From assembly GCA_032718475.1 (NCBI GenBank), contig JAUCBJ010000160.1:5108-69107 (forward strand): DNA of 64,000 bases. Direction: 5' to 3'. Source of the stretch: Nemertoderma westbladi. Lineage: Eukaryota; Animalia; Xenacoelomorpha. The notes under the pieces are model-generated. The model had not been told where the DNA came from. It saw nothing but the letters and a program-made list of their open reading frames with translations, and did no database searches. This document shows positions 20,702-35,200 of this stretch, piece by piece (within the stretch, counting starts at the first letter, position 1; each line of letters starts with the position of its first letter). The position numbers were made by a program, and so were the translations under genes.

Positions 20702-21795
20702 CTCCAGAAGTCGAGGAAATCCTGCCAAGTACCTAACTGATCTAGACTTTGCTGATGACTTAGGAGTACTCTCAGAATCACTAGAGGAAGCCCAACGGCT
20801 CCTCAGGTCATTAGAACATGCTGCTGCGAGTGTTGGTCTTTTAAATAAGCAAACAGTCGGCCGAAGCCGGAGGCGACCCGAAGGCTCCTCTTTCGATAGC
20901 TGCTACCCGAAGGTAGGGGTGGGCGCTACTCCTATCCCAAGATTTGCTCCCAGTTATTTAACTGGTACTCATTTTATCGACCCCAGTGGATGAAAGGCTG
21001 AGTGGACCCTGGCGGGGCTGAACCTACAACCAATAGATTGCAGGCCCGGCGCTCAACAAACTGAGCTACCCCGCCGTTTCTCCAAAAAGACCAAAATTTT
21101 GACAGTTAAATTTGAAGTCCTCAGCAAGCCTCTGACCGGATGAGCATAAGCTCAAAGTATGGTATGCTTGAGCATGTGGACGACTTCTGTTACCTGGGAT
21201 CATGGATCCGGAAGTCAGGTGAGGAGGACCTTCGAATACGCAAGGGAAAGGCATGGGCCTGGGCATGCATTCCAGGATTTGGAAGTCACATAGAATTAAT
21301 TGGAAACTTAAAAGGTCCGATTATTTAGAACAGCAGTAGTTCCAGTACTCCTCTAGGGGAGTCCATACTGGGTTCTAACTGCTGAGGACACCAAATCTCT
21401 CGATGGCACATTTACAAGAATGTTACGCCGGGTTCACTGTGTCAAGTACAATGCACACATCTCCAACCAGACACTATATAACATTGGAGGTGTCTCATTG
21501 GTTCTCCCAAGCTTGACACTAGAACAAAGCCGCCCCCGCTTTGCAGGACATTGCTTTCGCCGTGAGGACCAGCCAGTGCATAATCTTGTACTTTGGCAAC
21601 CTCATGGAGTGAATAAGCATGGTGGACAGCCCATGACTTTCTTGAGACGCATCTTAAAGGACACTGGCCTTGAAGATGCGGATGATCTAGCAAATGTCAT
21701 GGGTGATAGGGAGTTGTAGCGGCGCAAATTTGTTGACAAGCCGGCACAGCATTCTTAAAAATGCAGCTGCAATGCAGCATGCCGATCCTAGTAGT
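20702..21795 (+). mobile_element. 5'-truncated RTE LINE, copy 2 (same family as 14286-16420), interrupted by a SINE
   Basis: Near-identical to 15549-16410; (TAG)n tail; imperfect TSD TACAAATGGAC/TACAAACGGAC; frameshifts and stops. Confidence 0.9.
20842..21075 (-). mobile_element. tRNA-derived SINE inserted in RTE copy 2
   Basis: Minus strand reads GGCGGGGTAGCTCAGTTTGTTGAGCG (A box) ... GGTTCAGCCCC (B box), then CACTCAGCCTTTCATCC...GGTCGATAAAATGAGTACCAG (resembles the Meta/Sauria-type central domain, from memory) and a hairpin-rich tail. Absent from RTE copy 1. Confidence 0.85.
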
Positions 21796-22197
21796 ACAAA
21801 CGGACACGAAGTGGGGCCTTCACGCAGCACGTGTCAACTTGGAAGAATTATAAGCCAAATCTAAGCAGATGTCACCTAATCAATTTACAACCTAGAGTCA
21901 GCCTGGATAACTGCCGACGATTTAAGACCAAAACTCAAAGACAACAACTCAGTCGGTGCCTTGTATATGTGCAAGGGATAAACCAGGAAGAAAAGATTAA
22001 AAATAGTAATTCAAAAAGCTGTAAGTTTCATTTTATACATTTATAAAATATATTCATTTCCGCCCACTAGCGGTAGATTGGAGAACTGCAGATAGTTTAC
22101 CGACTCCGCAAAGATATACGATGTGTTCTAAAACATGTCTCACAAGTTTCAGTTTAAACAGATAATAAATAACATAGAGTTTATCTTTAAGATATTT

Positions 22198-22213
22198 CGC
22201 CCTCTAGTGGCAG
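22198..22213 (-). promoter_or_regulatory. CTCF-like motif
   Basis: Reverse complement CTGCCACTAGAGGGCG matches CCASYAGRKGGC. Confidence 0.45.
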
Positions 22214-22855
22214 ACTGGGCTTTGAAAAACACAGCCAATGGTCGCGTACAACTAATCACAGCTAATCTTCAAATCGACAGCTTTAAATCCGGCAACGCTA
22301 TTAGCATTTCAAAATCATAACGACAACAACGACAATAACTATTTGCCATTATTGACCCACCCCCTTAACAGTTTCCGACAACTTCGTGGATCTCCCCACA
22401 AACGTCTGTCCAAAAGAAACAGAAACAGAAACAAAAAGCAAACGAACACACAAAGTTTAGGAAAATATCAGCTGATATTACTGAAACCTTTGTTCTATTA
22501 ACCTTAGTTTATTATTTTGGTTGGAATAATGTGCCAGTGCCACTGTAACCTGCTCCTTTCCATTAATTGATAATTTAACGTTGAGACGAGATATCAATAA
22601 TTCGACGATATGGGATTTGAGTCTAGATATATCCCCATTTATGTCTCAGAGTATTGTGAGTTAAATTAAGAAGAAATTAAACACCCAGACGTCATTTGTT
22701 GTCTAATTAATGTTTAAAGTCGGAACTGGTAGTCTCATTAGAGTTTCTTTCAAAAATGGATTATTTCCAATCCAAGATATCATAAAATATAAATCTAAAT
22801 AAATGAATTAATACAATATGAATTGAATTTTGCTTTTTATAACACACAAACCTAC

Positions 22856-23022
22856 CTGTATACTGCAAATGGAATTCACACTAAAAGCTCCGTGCGTATC
22901 GCCCACTTGCACAGACACGTTAACTGCGTAATTAAACTTTTTTTTTCCGGGTGGCATTCGAACAATTACTTCCGACTCTGAGCTGGATAAAATCTGTTGG
23001 CTGGGACCAGGACTCCTGCTAA
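22856..23022 (-). CDS. Polycystin-1/REJ-like gene, internal exon (2nd visible; REJ domain end)
   Basis: Acceptor tttgtgtttcag, donor CAG|GTAGGT, 167 bp, phase 1 to 0. RMPPGKKKFNYAVNVSVQVGDTHGAFS matches the REJ pattern LPxG....Y.v.v.V.V.D..Ga. Confidence 0.8.
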
Positions 23023-23259
23023 CTGAAACACAAATACGATAGATATATGGATAAGGGGTAATAGTTTCTAGGCTCTTTATGATAGGTAAGGACGATACTG
23101 AAAGTAAATAAATTAAGAATTGATAGGAAACTATATAGTACACAGGCCCTACCATAAAATCTAAAATAAACAATGTCTTATTTAAAAAAAATAATATTAT
23201 TTTAACTGTAGTTTTTGTAGAAACACTAGAAATAAAATGTATTTTTCTTGTATTTGTAT

Positions 23260-26200
23260 TCGTCTCTATAGATTATATTCTGTCCCACTAATCTATGTTG
23301 TCGTCTCTATTGATTATATTCTATCCTACTAATCTATGTTGTCGTCCTACTAATCTATGTTGTCGTCTCTATTGATTATATTCTATCCTACTAATCTATG
23401 TTGTCGTCCTACTAATCTATGTTGTCGTCTCTATTGATTATATTCTATCCTACTAATCTATGTTGTCGTCTCTATTGATTATATTCTATCCTACTAATCT
23501 ATGTTGTCGTCTCTATTGATTATATTCTATCCTACTAATCTATGTTGTCGTCTCTATTGATTATATTCTATCCTACTAATCTATGTTGTCGTCTCTATTG
23601 ATTATATTCTATCCTACTAATCTATGTTGTCGTCTCTATAGATTATATTCTATCCTACTAATCTATGTTGTCGTCCTACTAATCTATGTTGTCGTCCTAC
23701 TAATCTATGTTGTCGTCTCTATAGATTATATTCTATCCTACTAATCTATGTTGTCGTCCTACTAATCTATGTTGTCGTCCTACTAATCTATGTTGTCGTC
23801 TCTATTGATTATATTCTATCCTACTAATCTATGTTGTCGTCTCTATTGATTATATTCTATCCTACTAATCTATGTTGTCGTCTCTATAGATTATATTCTA
23901 TCCTACTAATCTATGTTGTCGTCCTACTAATCTATGTTGTCGTCTCTATTGATTATATTCTATCCTACTAATCTATGTTGTCGTCTCTATTGATTATATT
24001 CTATCCTACTAATCTATGTTGTCGTCTCTATTGATTATATTCTATCCTACTAATCTATGTTGTCGTCCTACTAATCTATGTTGTCGTCTCTATTGATTAT
24101 ATTCTATCCTACTAATCTATGTTGTCGTCCTACTAATCTATGTTGTCGTCCTACTAATCTATGTTGTCGTCTCTATTGATTATATTCTATCCTACTAATC
24201 TATGTTGTCGTCTCTATTGATTATATTCTATCCTACTAATCTATGTTGTCGTCTCTATTGATTATATTCTATCCTACTAATCTATGTTGTCGTCTCTATT
24301 GATTATATTCTATCCTACTAATCTATGTTGTCGTCCTACTAATCTATGTTGTCGTCCTACTAATCTATGTTGTCGTCCTACTAATCTATGTTGTCGTCCT
24401 ACTAATCTATGTTGTCGTCTCTATAGATTATATTCTATCCTACTAATCTATGTTGTCGTCTCTATAGATTATATTCTATCCTACTAATCTATGTTGTCGT
24501 CCTACTAATCTATGTTGTCGTCTCTATTGATTATATTCTATCCTACTAATCTATGTTGTCGTCTCTATTGATTATATTCTATCCTACTAATCTATGTTGT
24601 CGTCCTACTAATCTATGTTGTCGTCCTACTAATCTATGTTGTCGTCCTACTAATCTATGTTGTCGTCCTACTAATCTATGTTGTCGTCTCTATAGATTAT
24701 ATTCTATCCTACTAATCTATGTTGTCGTCCTACTAATCTATGTTGTCGTCCTACTAATCTATGTTGTCGTCTCTATTGATTATATTCTATCCTACTAATC
24801 TATGTTGTCGTCTCTATTGATTATATTCTATCCTACTAATCTATGTTGTCGTCTCTATAGATTATATTCTATCCTACTAATCTATGTTGTCGTCCTACTA
24901 ATCTATGTTGTCGTCTCTATTGATTATATTCTATCCTACTAATCTATGTTGTCGTCTCTATTGATTATATTCTATCCTACTAATCTATGTTGTCGTCTCT
25001 ATTGATTATATTCTATCCTACTAATCTATGTTGTCGTCTCTATTGATTATATTCTATCCTACTAATCTATGTTGTCGTCTCTATTGATTATATTCTATCC
25101 TACTAATCTATGTTGTCGTCTCTATTGATTATATTCTATCCTACTAATCTATGTTGTCGTCCTACTAATCTATGTTGTCGTCTCTATTGATTATATTCTA
25201 TCCTACTAATCTATGTTGTCGTCTCTATTGATTATATTCTATCCTACTAATCTATGTTGTCGTCTCTATTGATTATATTCTATCCTACTAATCTATGTTG
25301 TCGTCCTACTAATCTATGTTGTCGTCTCTATTGATTATATTCTATCCTACTAATCTATGTTGTCGTCTCTATTGATTATATTCTATCCTACTAATCTATG
25401 TTGTCGTCTCTATTGATTATATTCTATCCTACTAATCTATGTTGTCGTCTCTATTGATTATATTCTATCCTACTAATCTATGTTGTCGTCTCTATTGATT
25501 ATATTCTATCCTACTAATCTATGTTGTCGTCTCTATTGATTATATTCTATCCTACTAATCTATGTTGTCGTCCTACTAATCTATGTTGTCGTCTCTATTG
25601 ATTATATTCTATCCTACTAATCTATGTTGTCGTCCTACTAATCTATGTTGTCGTCTCTATTGATTATATTCTATCCTACTAATCTATGTTGTCGTCTCTA
25701 TTGATTATATTCTATCCTACTAATCTATGTTGTCGTCCTACTAATCTATGTTGTCGTCCTACTAATCTATGTTGTCGTCCTACTAATCTATGTTGTCGTC
25801 CTACTAATCTATGTTGTCGTCTCTATAGATTATATTCTATCCTACTAATCTATGTTGTCGTCCTACTAATCTATGTTGTCGTCCTACTAATCTATGTTGT
25901 CGTCTCTATTGATTATATTCTATCCTACTAATCTATGTTGTCGTCTCTATTGATTATATTCTATCCTACTAATCTATGTTGTCGTCTCTATAGATTATAT
26001 TCTATCCTACTAATCTATGTTGTCGTCCTACTAATCTATGTTGTCGTCTCTATTGATTATATTCTATCCTACTAATCTATGTTGTCGTCTCTATTGATTA
26101 TATTCTATCCTACTAATCTATGTTGTCGTCTCTATTGATTATATTCTATCCTACTAATCTATGTTGTCGTCCTACTAATCTATGTTGTCGTCTCTATTGA

Positions 26201-29200
26201 TTATATTCTATCCTACTAATCTATGTTGTCGTCTCTATTGATTATATTCTATCCTACTAATCTATGTTGTCGTCCTACTAATCTATGTTGTCGTCTCTAT
26301 TGATTATATTCTATCCTACTAATCTATGTTGTCGTCTCTATTGATTATATTCTATCCTACTAATCTATGTTGTCGTCTCTATTGATTATATTCTATCCTA
26401 CTAATCTATGTTGTCGTCTCTATTGATTATATTCTATCCTACTAATCTATGTTGTCGTCTCTATTGATTATATTCTATCCTACTAATCTATGTTGTCGTC
26501 TCTATTGATTATATTCTATCCTACTAATCTATGTTGTCGTCTCTATTGATTATATTCTATCCTACTAATCTATGTTGTCGTCCTACTAATCTATGTTGTC
26601 GTCCTACTAATCTATGTTGTCGTCTCTATTGATTATATTCTATCCTACTAATCTATGTTGTCGTCCTACTAATCTATGTTGTCGTCTCTATTGATTATAT
26701 TCTATCCTACTAATCTATGTTGTCGTCTCTATTGATTATATTCTATCCTACTAATCTATGTTGTCGTCTCTATTGATTATATTCTATCCTACTAATCTAT
26801 GTTGTCGTCCTACTAATCTATGTTGTCGTCTCTATTGATTATATTCTATCCTACTAATCTATGTTGTCGTCTCTATTGATTATATTCTATCCTACTAATC
26901 TATGTTGTCGTCCTACTAATCTATGTTGTCGTCTCTATTGATTATATTCTATCCTACTAATCTATGTTGTCGTCCTACTAATCTATGTTGTCGTCCTACT
27001 AATCTATGTTGTCGTCTCTATAGATTATATTCTATCCTACTAATCTATGTTGTCGTCTCTATTGATTATATTCTATCCTACTAATCTATGTTGTCGTCTC
27101 TATTGATTATATTCTATCCTACTAATCTATGTTGTCGTCTCTATTGATTATATTCTATCCTACTAATCTATGTTGTCGTCTCTATTGATTATATTCTATC
27201 CTACTAATCTATGTTGTCGTCTCTATTGATTATATTCTATCCTACTAATCTATGTTGTCGTCCTACTAATCTATGTTGTCGTCTCTATTGATTATATTCT
27301 ATCCTACTAATCTATGTTGTCGTCCTACTAATCTATGTTGTCGTCCTACTAATCTATGTTGTCGTCTCTATAGATTATATTCTATCCTACTAATCTATGT
27401 TGTCGTCCTACTAATCTATGTTGTCGTCCTACTAATCTATGTTGTCGTCTCTATAGATTATATTCTATCCTACTAATCTATGTTGTCGTCTCTATTGATT
27501 ATATTCTATCCTACTAATCTATGTTGTCGTCTCTATTGATTATATTCTATCCTACTAATCTATGTTGTCGTCCTACTAATCTATGTTGTCGTCCTACTAA
27601 TCTATGTTGTCGTCTCTATAGATTATATTCTATCCTACTAATCTATGTTGTCGTCCTACTAATCTATGTTGTCGTCCTACTAATCTATGTTGTCGTCTCT
27701 ATAGATTATATTCTATCCTACTAATCTATGTTGTCGTCTCTATTGATTATATTCTATCCTACTAATCTATGTTGTCGTCTCTATTGATTATATTCTATCC
27801 TACTAATCTATGTTGTCGTCTCTATTGATTATATTCTATCCTACTAATCTATGTTGTCGTCTCTATTGATTATATTCTATCCTACTAATCTATGTTGTCG
27901 TCTCTATTGATTATATTCTATCCTACTAATCTATGTTGTCGTCTCTATTGATTATATTCTATCCTACTAATCTATGTTGTCGTCTCTATTGATTATATTC
28001 TATCCTACTAATCTATGTTGTCGTCTCTATTGATTATATTCTATCCTACTAATCTATGTTGTCGTCTCTATTGATTATATTCTATCCTACTAATCTATGT
28101 TGTCGTCTCTATTGATTATATTCTATCCTACTAATCTATGTTGTCGTCCTACTAATCTATGTTGTCGTCTCTATTGATTATATTCTATCCTACTAATCTA
28201 TGTTGTCGTCCTACTAATCTATGTTGTCGTCCTACTAATCTATGTTGTCGTCTCTATAGATTATATTCTATCCTACTAATCTATGTTGTCGTCTCTATTG
28301 ATTATATTCTATCCTACTAATCTATGTTGTCGTCTCTATTGATTATATTCTATCCTACTAATCTATGTTGTCGTCCTACTAATCTATGTTGTCGTCCTAC
28401 TAATCTATGTTGTCGTCTCTATAGATTATATTCTATCCTACTAATCTATGTTGTCGTCTCTATTGATTATATTCTATCCTACTAATCTATGTTGTCGTCT
28501 CTATTGATTATATTCTATCCTACTAATCTATGTTGTCGTCTCTATTGATTATATTCTATCCTACTAATCTATGTTGTCGTCTCTATTGATTATATTCTAT
28601 CCTACTAATCTATGTTGTCGTCTCTATTGATTATATTCTATCCTACTAATCTATGTTGTCGTCTCTATTGATTATATTCTATCCTACTAATCTATGTTGT
28701 CGTCTCTATTGATTATATTCTATCCTACTAATCTATGTTGTCGTCCTACTAATCTATGTTGTCGTCCTACTAATCTATGTTGTCGTCTCTATAGATTATA
28801 TTCTATCCTACTAATCTATGTTGTCGTCTCTATTGATTATATTCTATCCTACTAATCTATGTTGTCGTCCTACTAATCTATGTTGTCGTCTCTATTGATT
28901 ATATTCTATCCTACTAATCTATGTTGTCGTCCCCCTAATCTATGTTGTCGTCTCTATTGATTATATTCTATCCTACTAATCTATGTTGTCGTCCTACTAA
29001 TCTATGTTGTCGTCTCTATTGATTATATTCTATCCTACTAATCTATGTTGTCGTCTCTATTGATTATATTCTATCCTACTAATCTATGTTGTCGTCTCTA
29101 TTGATTATATTCTATCCTACTAATCTATGTTGTCGTCTCTATTGATTATATTCTATCCTACTAATCTATGTTGTCGTCTCTATTGATTATATTCTATCCT

Positions 29201-32200
29201 ACTAATCTATGTTGTCGTCCTACTAATCTATGTTGTCGTCTCTATTGATTATATTCTATCCTACTAATCTATGTTGTCGTCTCTATTGATTATATTCTAT
29301 CCTACTAATCTATGTTGTCGTCTCTATTGATTATATTCTATCCTACTAATCTATGTTGTCGTCTCTATTGATTATATTCTATCCTACTAATCTATGTTGT
29401 CGTCTCTATTGATTATATTCTATCCTACTAATCTATGTTGTCGTCTCTATTGATTATATTCTATCCTACTAATCTATGTTGTCGTCTCTATTGATTATAT
29501 TCTATCCTACTAATCTATGTTGTCGTCTCTATTGATTATATTCTATCCTACTAATCTATGTTGTCGTCTCTATTGATTATATTCTATCCTACTAATCTAT
29601 GTTGTCGTCCTACTAATCTATGTTGTCGTCTCTATTGATTATATTCTATCCTACTAATCTATGTTGTCGTCTCTATTGATTATATTCTATCCTACTAATC
29701 TATGTTGTCGTCTCTATTGATTATATTCTATCCTACTAATCTATGTTGTCGTCTCTATTGATTATATTCTATCCTACTAATCTATGTTGTCGTCTCTATT
29801 GATTATATTCTATCCTACTAATCTATGTTGTCGTCCTACTAATCTATGTTGTCGTCTCTATTGATTATATTCTATCCTACTAATCTATGTTGTCGTCCTA
29901 CTAATCTATGTTGTCGTCTCTATTGATTATATTCTATCCTACTAATCTATGTTGTCGTCTCTATTGATTATATTCTATCCTACTAATCTATGTTGTCGTC
30001 TCTATTGATTATATTCTATCCTACTAATCTATGTTGTCGTCTCTATTGATTATATTCTATCCTACTAATCTATGTTGTCGTCTCTATTGATTATATTCTA
30101 TCCTACTAATCTATGTTGTCGTCTCTATTGATTATATTCTATCCTACTAATCTATGTTGTCGTCTCTATTGATTATATTCTATCCTACTAATCTATGTTG
30201 TCGTCTCTATTGATTATATTCTATCCTACTAATCTATGTTGTCGTCTCTATTGATTATATTCTATCCTACTAATCTATGTTGTCGTCTCTATTGATTATA
30301 TTCTATCCTACTAATCTATGTTGTCGTCTCTATTGATTATATTCTATCCTACTAATCTATGTTGTCGTCTCTATTGATTATATTCTATCCTACTAATCTA
30401 TGTTGTCGTCTCTATTGATTATATTCTATCCTACTAATCTATGTTGTCGTCTCTATTGATTATATTCTATCCTACTAATCTATGTTGTCGTCTCTATTGA
30501 TTATATTCTATCCTACTAATCTATGTTGTCGTCCTACTAATCTATGTTGTCGTCTCTATTGATTATATTCTATCCTACTAATCTATGTTGTCGTCCTACT
30601 AATCTATGTTGTCGTCTCTATTGATTATATTCTATCCTACTAATCTATGTTGTCGTCTCTATTGATTATATTCTATCCTACTAATCTATGTTGTCGTCTC
30701 TATTGATTATATTCTATCCTACTAATCTATGTTGTCGTCCTACTAATCTATGTTGTCGTCTCTATTGATTATATTCTATCCTACTAATCTATGTTGTCGT
30801 CCTACTAATCTATGTTGTCGTCTCTATTGATTATATTCTATCCTACTAATCTATGTTGTCGTCCTACTAATCTATGTTGTCGTCTCTATTGATTATATTC
30901 TATCCTACTAATCTATGTTGTCGTCTCTATTGATTATATTCTATCCTACTAATCTATGTTGTCGTCTCTATTGATTATATTCTATCCTACTAATCTATGT
31001 TGTCGTCTCTATTGATTATATTCTATCCTACTAATCTATGTTGTCGTCTCTATTGATTATATTCTATCCTACTAATCTATGTTGTCGTCTCTATTGATTA
31101 TATTCTATCCTACTAATCTATGTTGTCGTCTCTATTGATTATATTCTATCCTACTAATCTATGTTGTCGTCTCTATTGATTATATTCTATCCTACTAATC
31201 TATGTTGTCGTCTCTATTGATTATATTCTATCCTACTAATCTATGTTGTCGTCTCTATTGATTATATTCTATCCTACTAATCTATGTTGTCGTCTCTATT
31301 GATTATATTCTATCCTACTAATCTATGTTGTCGTCTCTATTGATTATATTCTATCCTACTAATCTATGTTGTCGTCTCTATTGATTATATTCTATCCTAC
31401 TAATCTATGTTGTCGTCTCTATTGATTATATTCTATCCTACTAATCTATGTTGTCGTCTCTATTGATTATATTCTATCCTACTAATCTATGTTGTCGTCT
31501 CTATTGATTATATTCTATCCTACTAATCTATGTTGTCGTCTCTATTGATTATATTCTATCCTACTAATCTATGTTGTCGTCTCTATTGATTATATTCTAT
31601 CCTACTAATCTATGTTGTCGTCTCTATTGATTATATTCTATCCTACTAATCTATGTTGTCGTCTCTATTGATTATATTCTATCCTACTAATCTATGTTGT
31701 CGTCTCTATTGATTATATTCTATCCTACTAATCTATGTTGTCGTCCTACTAATCTATGTTGTCGTCTCTATTGATTATATTCTATCCTACTAATCTATGT
31801 TGTCGTCCTACTAATCTATGTTGTCGTCTCTATTGATTATATTCTATCCTACTAATCTATGTTGTCGTCTCTATTGATTATATTCTATCCTACTAATCTA
31901 TGTTGTCGTCCTACTAATCTATGTTGTCGTCTCTATTGATTATATTCTATCCTACTAATCTATGTTGTCGTCTCTATTGATTATATTCTATCCTACTAAT
32001 CTATGTTGTCGTCCTACTAATCTATGTTGTCGTCTCTATTGATTATATTCTATCCTACTAATCTATGTTGTCGTCCTACTAATCTATGTTGTCGTCTCTA
32101 TTGATTATATTCTATCCTACTAATCTATGTTGTCGTCTCTATTGATTATATTCTATCCTACTAATCTATGTTGTCGTCTCTATTGATTATATTCTATCCT

Positions 32201-35200
32201 ACTAATCTATGTTGTCGTCTCTATTGATTATATTCTATCCTACTAATCTATGTTGTCGTCCTACTAATCTATGTTGTCGTCTCTATTGATTATATTCTAT
32301 CCTACTAATCTATGTTGTCGTCTCTATTGATTATATTCTATCCTACTAATCTATGTTGTCGTCTCTATTGATTATATTCTATCCTACTAATCTATGTTGT
32401 CGTCTCTATTGATTATATTCTATCCTACTAATCTATGTTGTCGTCCTACTAATCTATGTTGTCGTCTCTATTGATTATATTCTATCCTACTAATCTATGT
32501 TGTCGTCTCTATTGATTATATTCTATCCTACTAATCTATGTTGTCGTCCTACTAATCTATGTTGTCGTCTCTATTGATTATATTCTATCCTACTAATCTA
32601 TGTTGTCGTCTCTATTGATTATATTCTATCCTACTAATCTATGTTGTCGTCTCTATTGATTATATTCTATCCTACTAATCTATGTTGTCGTCTCTATTGA
32701 TTATATTCTATCCTACTAATCTATGTTGTCGTCCTACTAATCTATGTTGTCGTCTCTATTGATTATATTCTATCCTACTAATCTATGTTGTCGTCTCTAT
32801 TGATTATATTCTATCCTACTAATCTATGTTGTCGTCTCTATTGATTATATTCTATCCTACTAATCTATGTTGTCGTCTCTATTGATTATATTCTATCCTA
32901 CTAATCTATGTTGTCGTCCTACTAATCTATGTTGTCGTCTCTATTGATTATATTCTATCCTACTAATCTATGTTGTCGTCTCTATTGATTATATTCTATC
33001 CTACTAATCTATGTTGTCGTCCTACTAATCTATGTTGTCGTCTCTATTGATTATATTCTATCCTACTAATCTATGTTGTCGTCTCTATTGATTATATTCT
33101 ATCCTACTAATCTATGTTGTCGTCTCTATTGATTATATTCTATCCTACTAATCTATGTTGTCGTCCTACTAATCTATGTTGTCGTCTCTATTGATTATAT
33201 TCTATCCTACTAATCTATGTTGTCGTCTCTATTGATTATATTCTATCCTACTAATCTATGTTGTCGTCCTACTAATCTATGTTGTCGTCTCTATTGATTA
33301 TATTCTATCCTACTAATCTATGTTGTCGTCTCTATTGATTATATTCTATCCTACTAATCTATGTTGTCGTCCTACTAATCTATGTTGTCGTCTCTATTGA
33401 TTATATTCTATCCTACTAATCTATGTTGTCGTCTCTATTGATTATATTCTATCCTACTAATCTATGTTGTCGTCTCTATTGATTATATTCTATCCTACTA
33501 ATCTATGTTGTCGTCTCTATTGATTATATTCTATCCTACTAATCTATGTTGTCGTCTCTATTGATTATATTCTATCCTACTAATCTATGTTGTCGTCCTA
33601 CTAATCTATGTTGTCGTCTCTATTGATTATATTCTATCCTACTAATCTATGTTGTCGTCTCTATTGATTATATTCTATCCTACTAATCTATGTTGTCGTC
33701 CTACTAATCTATGTTGTCGTCTCTATTGATTATATTCTATCCTACTAATCTATGTTGTCGTCTCTATTGATTATATTCTATCCTACTAATCTATGTTGTC
33801 GTCTCTATTGATTATATTCTATCCTACTAATCTATGTTGTCGTCTCTATTGATTATATTCTATCCTACTAATCTATGTTGTCGTCTCTATTGATTATATT
33901 CTATCCTACTAATCTATGTTGTCGTCCTACTAATCTATGTTGTCGTCTCTATTGATTATATTCTATCCTACTAATCTATGTTGTCGTCTCTATTGATTAT
34001 ATTCTATCCTACTAATCTATGTTGTCGTCTCTATTGATTATATTCTATCCTACTAATCTATGTTGTCGTCTCTATCTATTTGTCGTCCTACTAATCTATG
34101 TTGTCGTCTCTACTGATCTATGTTCTCGTCCTACTAATCTATGTTGTCGTCTCTATTGATTATATTCTATCCTACTAATCTATGTTGTCGTCTCTATTGA
34201 TTATATTCTATCCTACTAATCTATGTTGTCGTCCTACTAATCTATGTTGTCGTCTCTATTGATTATATTCTATCCTACTAATCTATGTTGTCGTCTCTAT
34301 TGATTATATTCTATCCTACTAATCTATGTTGTCGTCTCTATTGATTATATTCTATCCTACTAATCTATGTTGTCGTCTCTATTGATTATATTCTATCCTA
34401 CTAATCTATGTTGTCGTCTCTATTGATTATATTCTATCCTACTAATCTATGTTGTCGTCTCTATTGATTATATTCTATCCTACTAATCTATGTTGTCGTC
34501 TCTATTGATTATATTCTATCCTACTAATCTATGTTGTCGTCCTACTAATCTATGTTGTCGTCTCTATTGATTATATTCTATCCTACTAATCTATGTTGTC
34601 GTCCTACTAATCTATGTTGTCGTCTCTATTGATTATATTCTATCCTACTAATCTATGTTGTCGTCTCTATTGATTATATTCTATCCTACTAATCTATGTT
34701 GTCGTCTCTATTGATTATATTCTATCCTACTAATCTATGTTGTCGTCCTACTAATCTATGTTGTCGTCTCTATTGATTATATTCTATCCTACTAATCTAT
34801 GTTGTCGTCTCTATTGATTATATTCTATCCTACTAATCTATGTTGTCGTCTCTATTGATTATATTCTATCCTACTAATCTATGTTGTCGTCTCTATTGAT
34901 TATATTCTATCCTACTAATCTATGTTGTCGTCCTACTAATCTATGTTGTCGTCTCTATTGATTATATTCTATCCTACTAATCTATGTTGTCGTCTCTATT
35001 GATTATATTCTATCCTACTAATCTATGTTGTCGTCTCTATTGATTATATTCTATCCTACTAATCTATGTTGTCGTCTCTATTGATTATATTCTATCCTAC
35101 TAATCTATGTTGTCGTCTCTATTGATTATATTCTATCCTACTAATCTATGTTGTCGTCCTACTAATCTATGTTGTCGTCTCTATTGATTATATTCTATCC

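Noticed and set aside
24284-27724. Short ORFs MLSSLLIIFYPTNLCCR...
   Set aside because: Translations of the satellite repeat.
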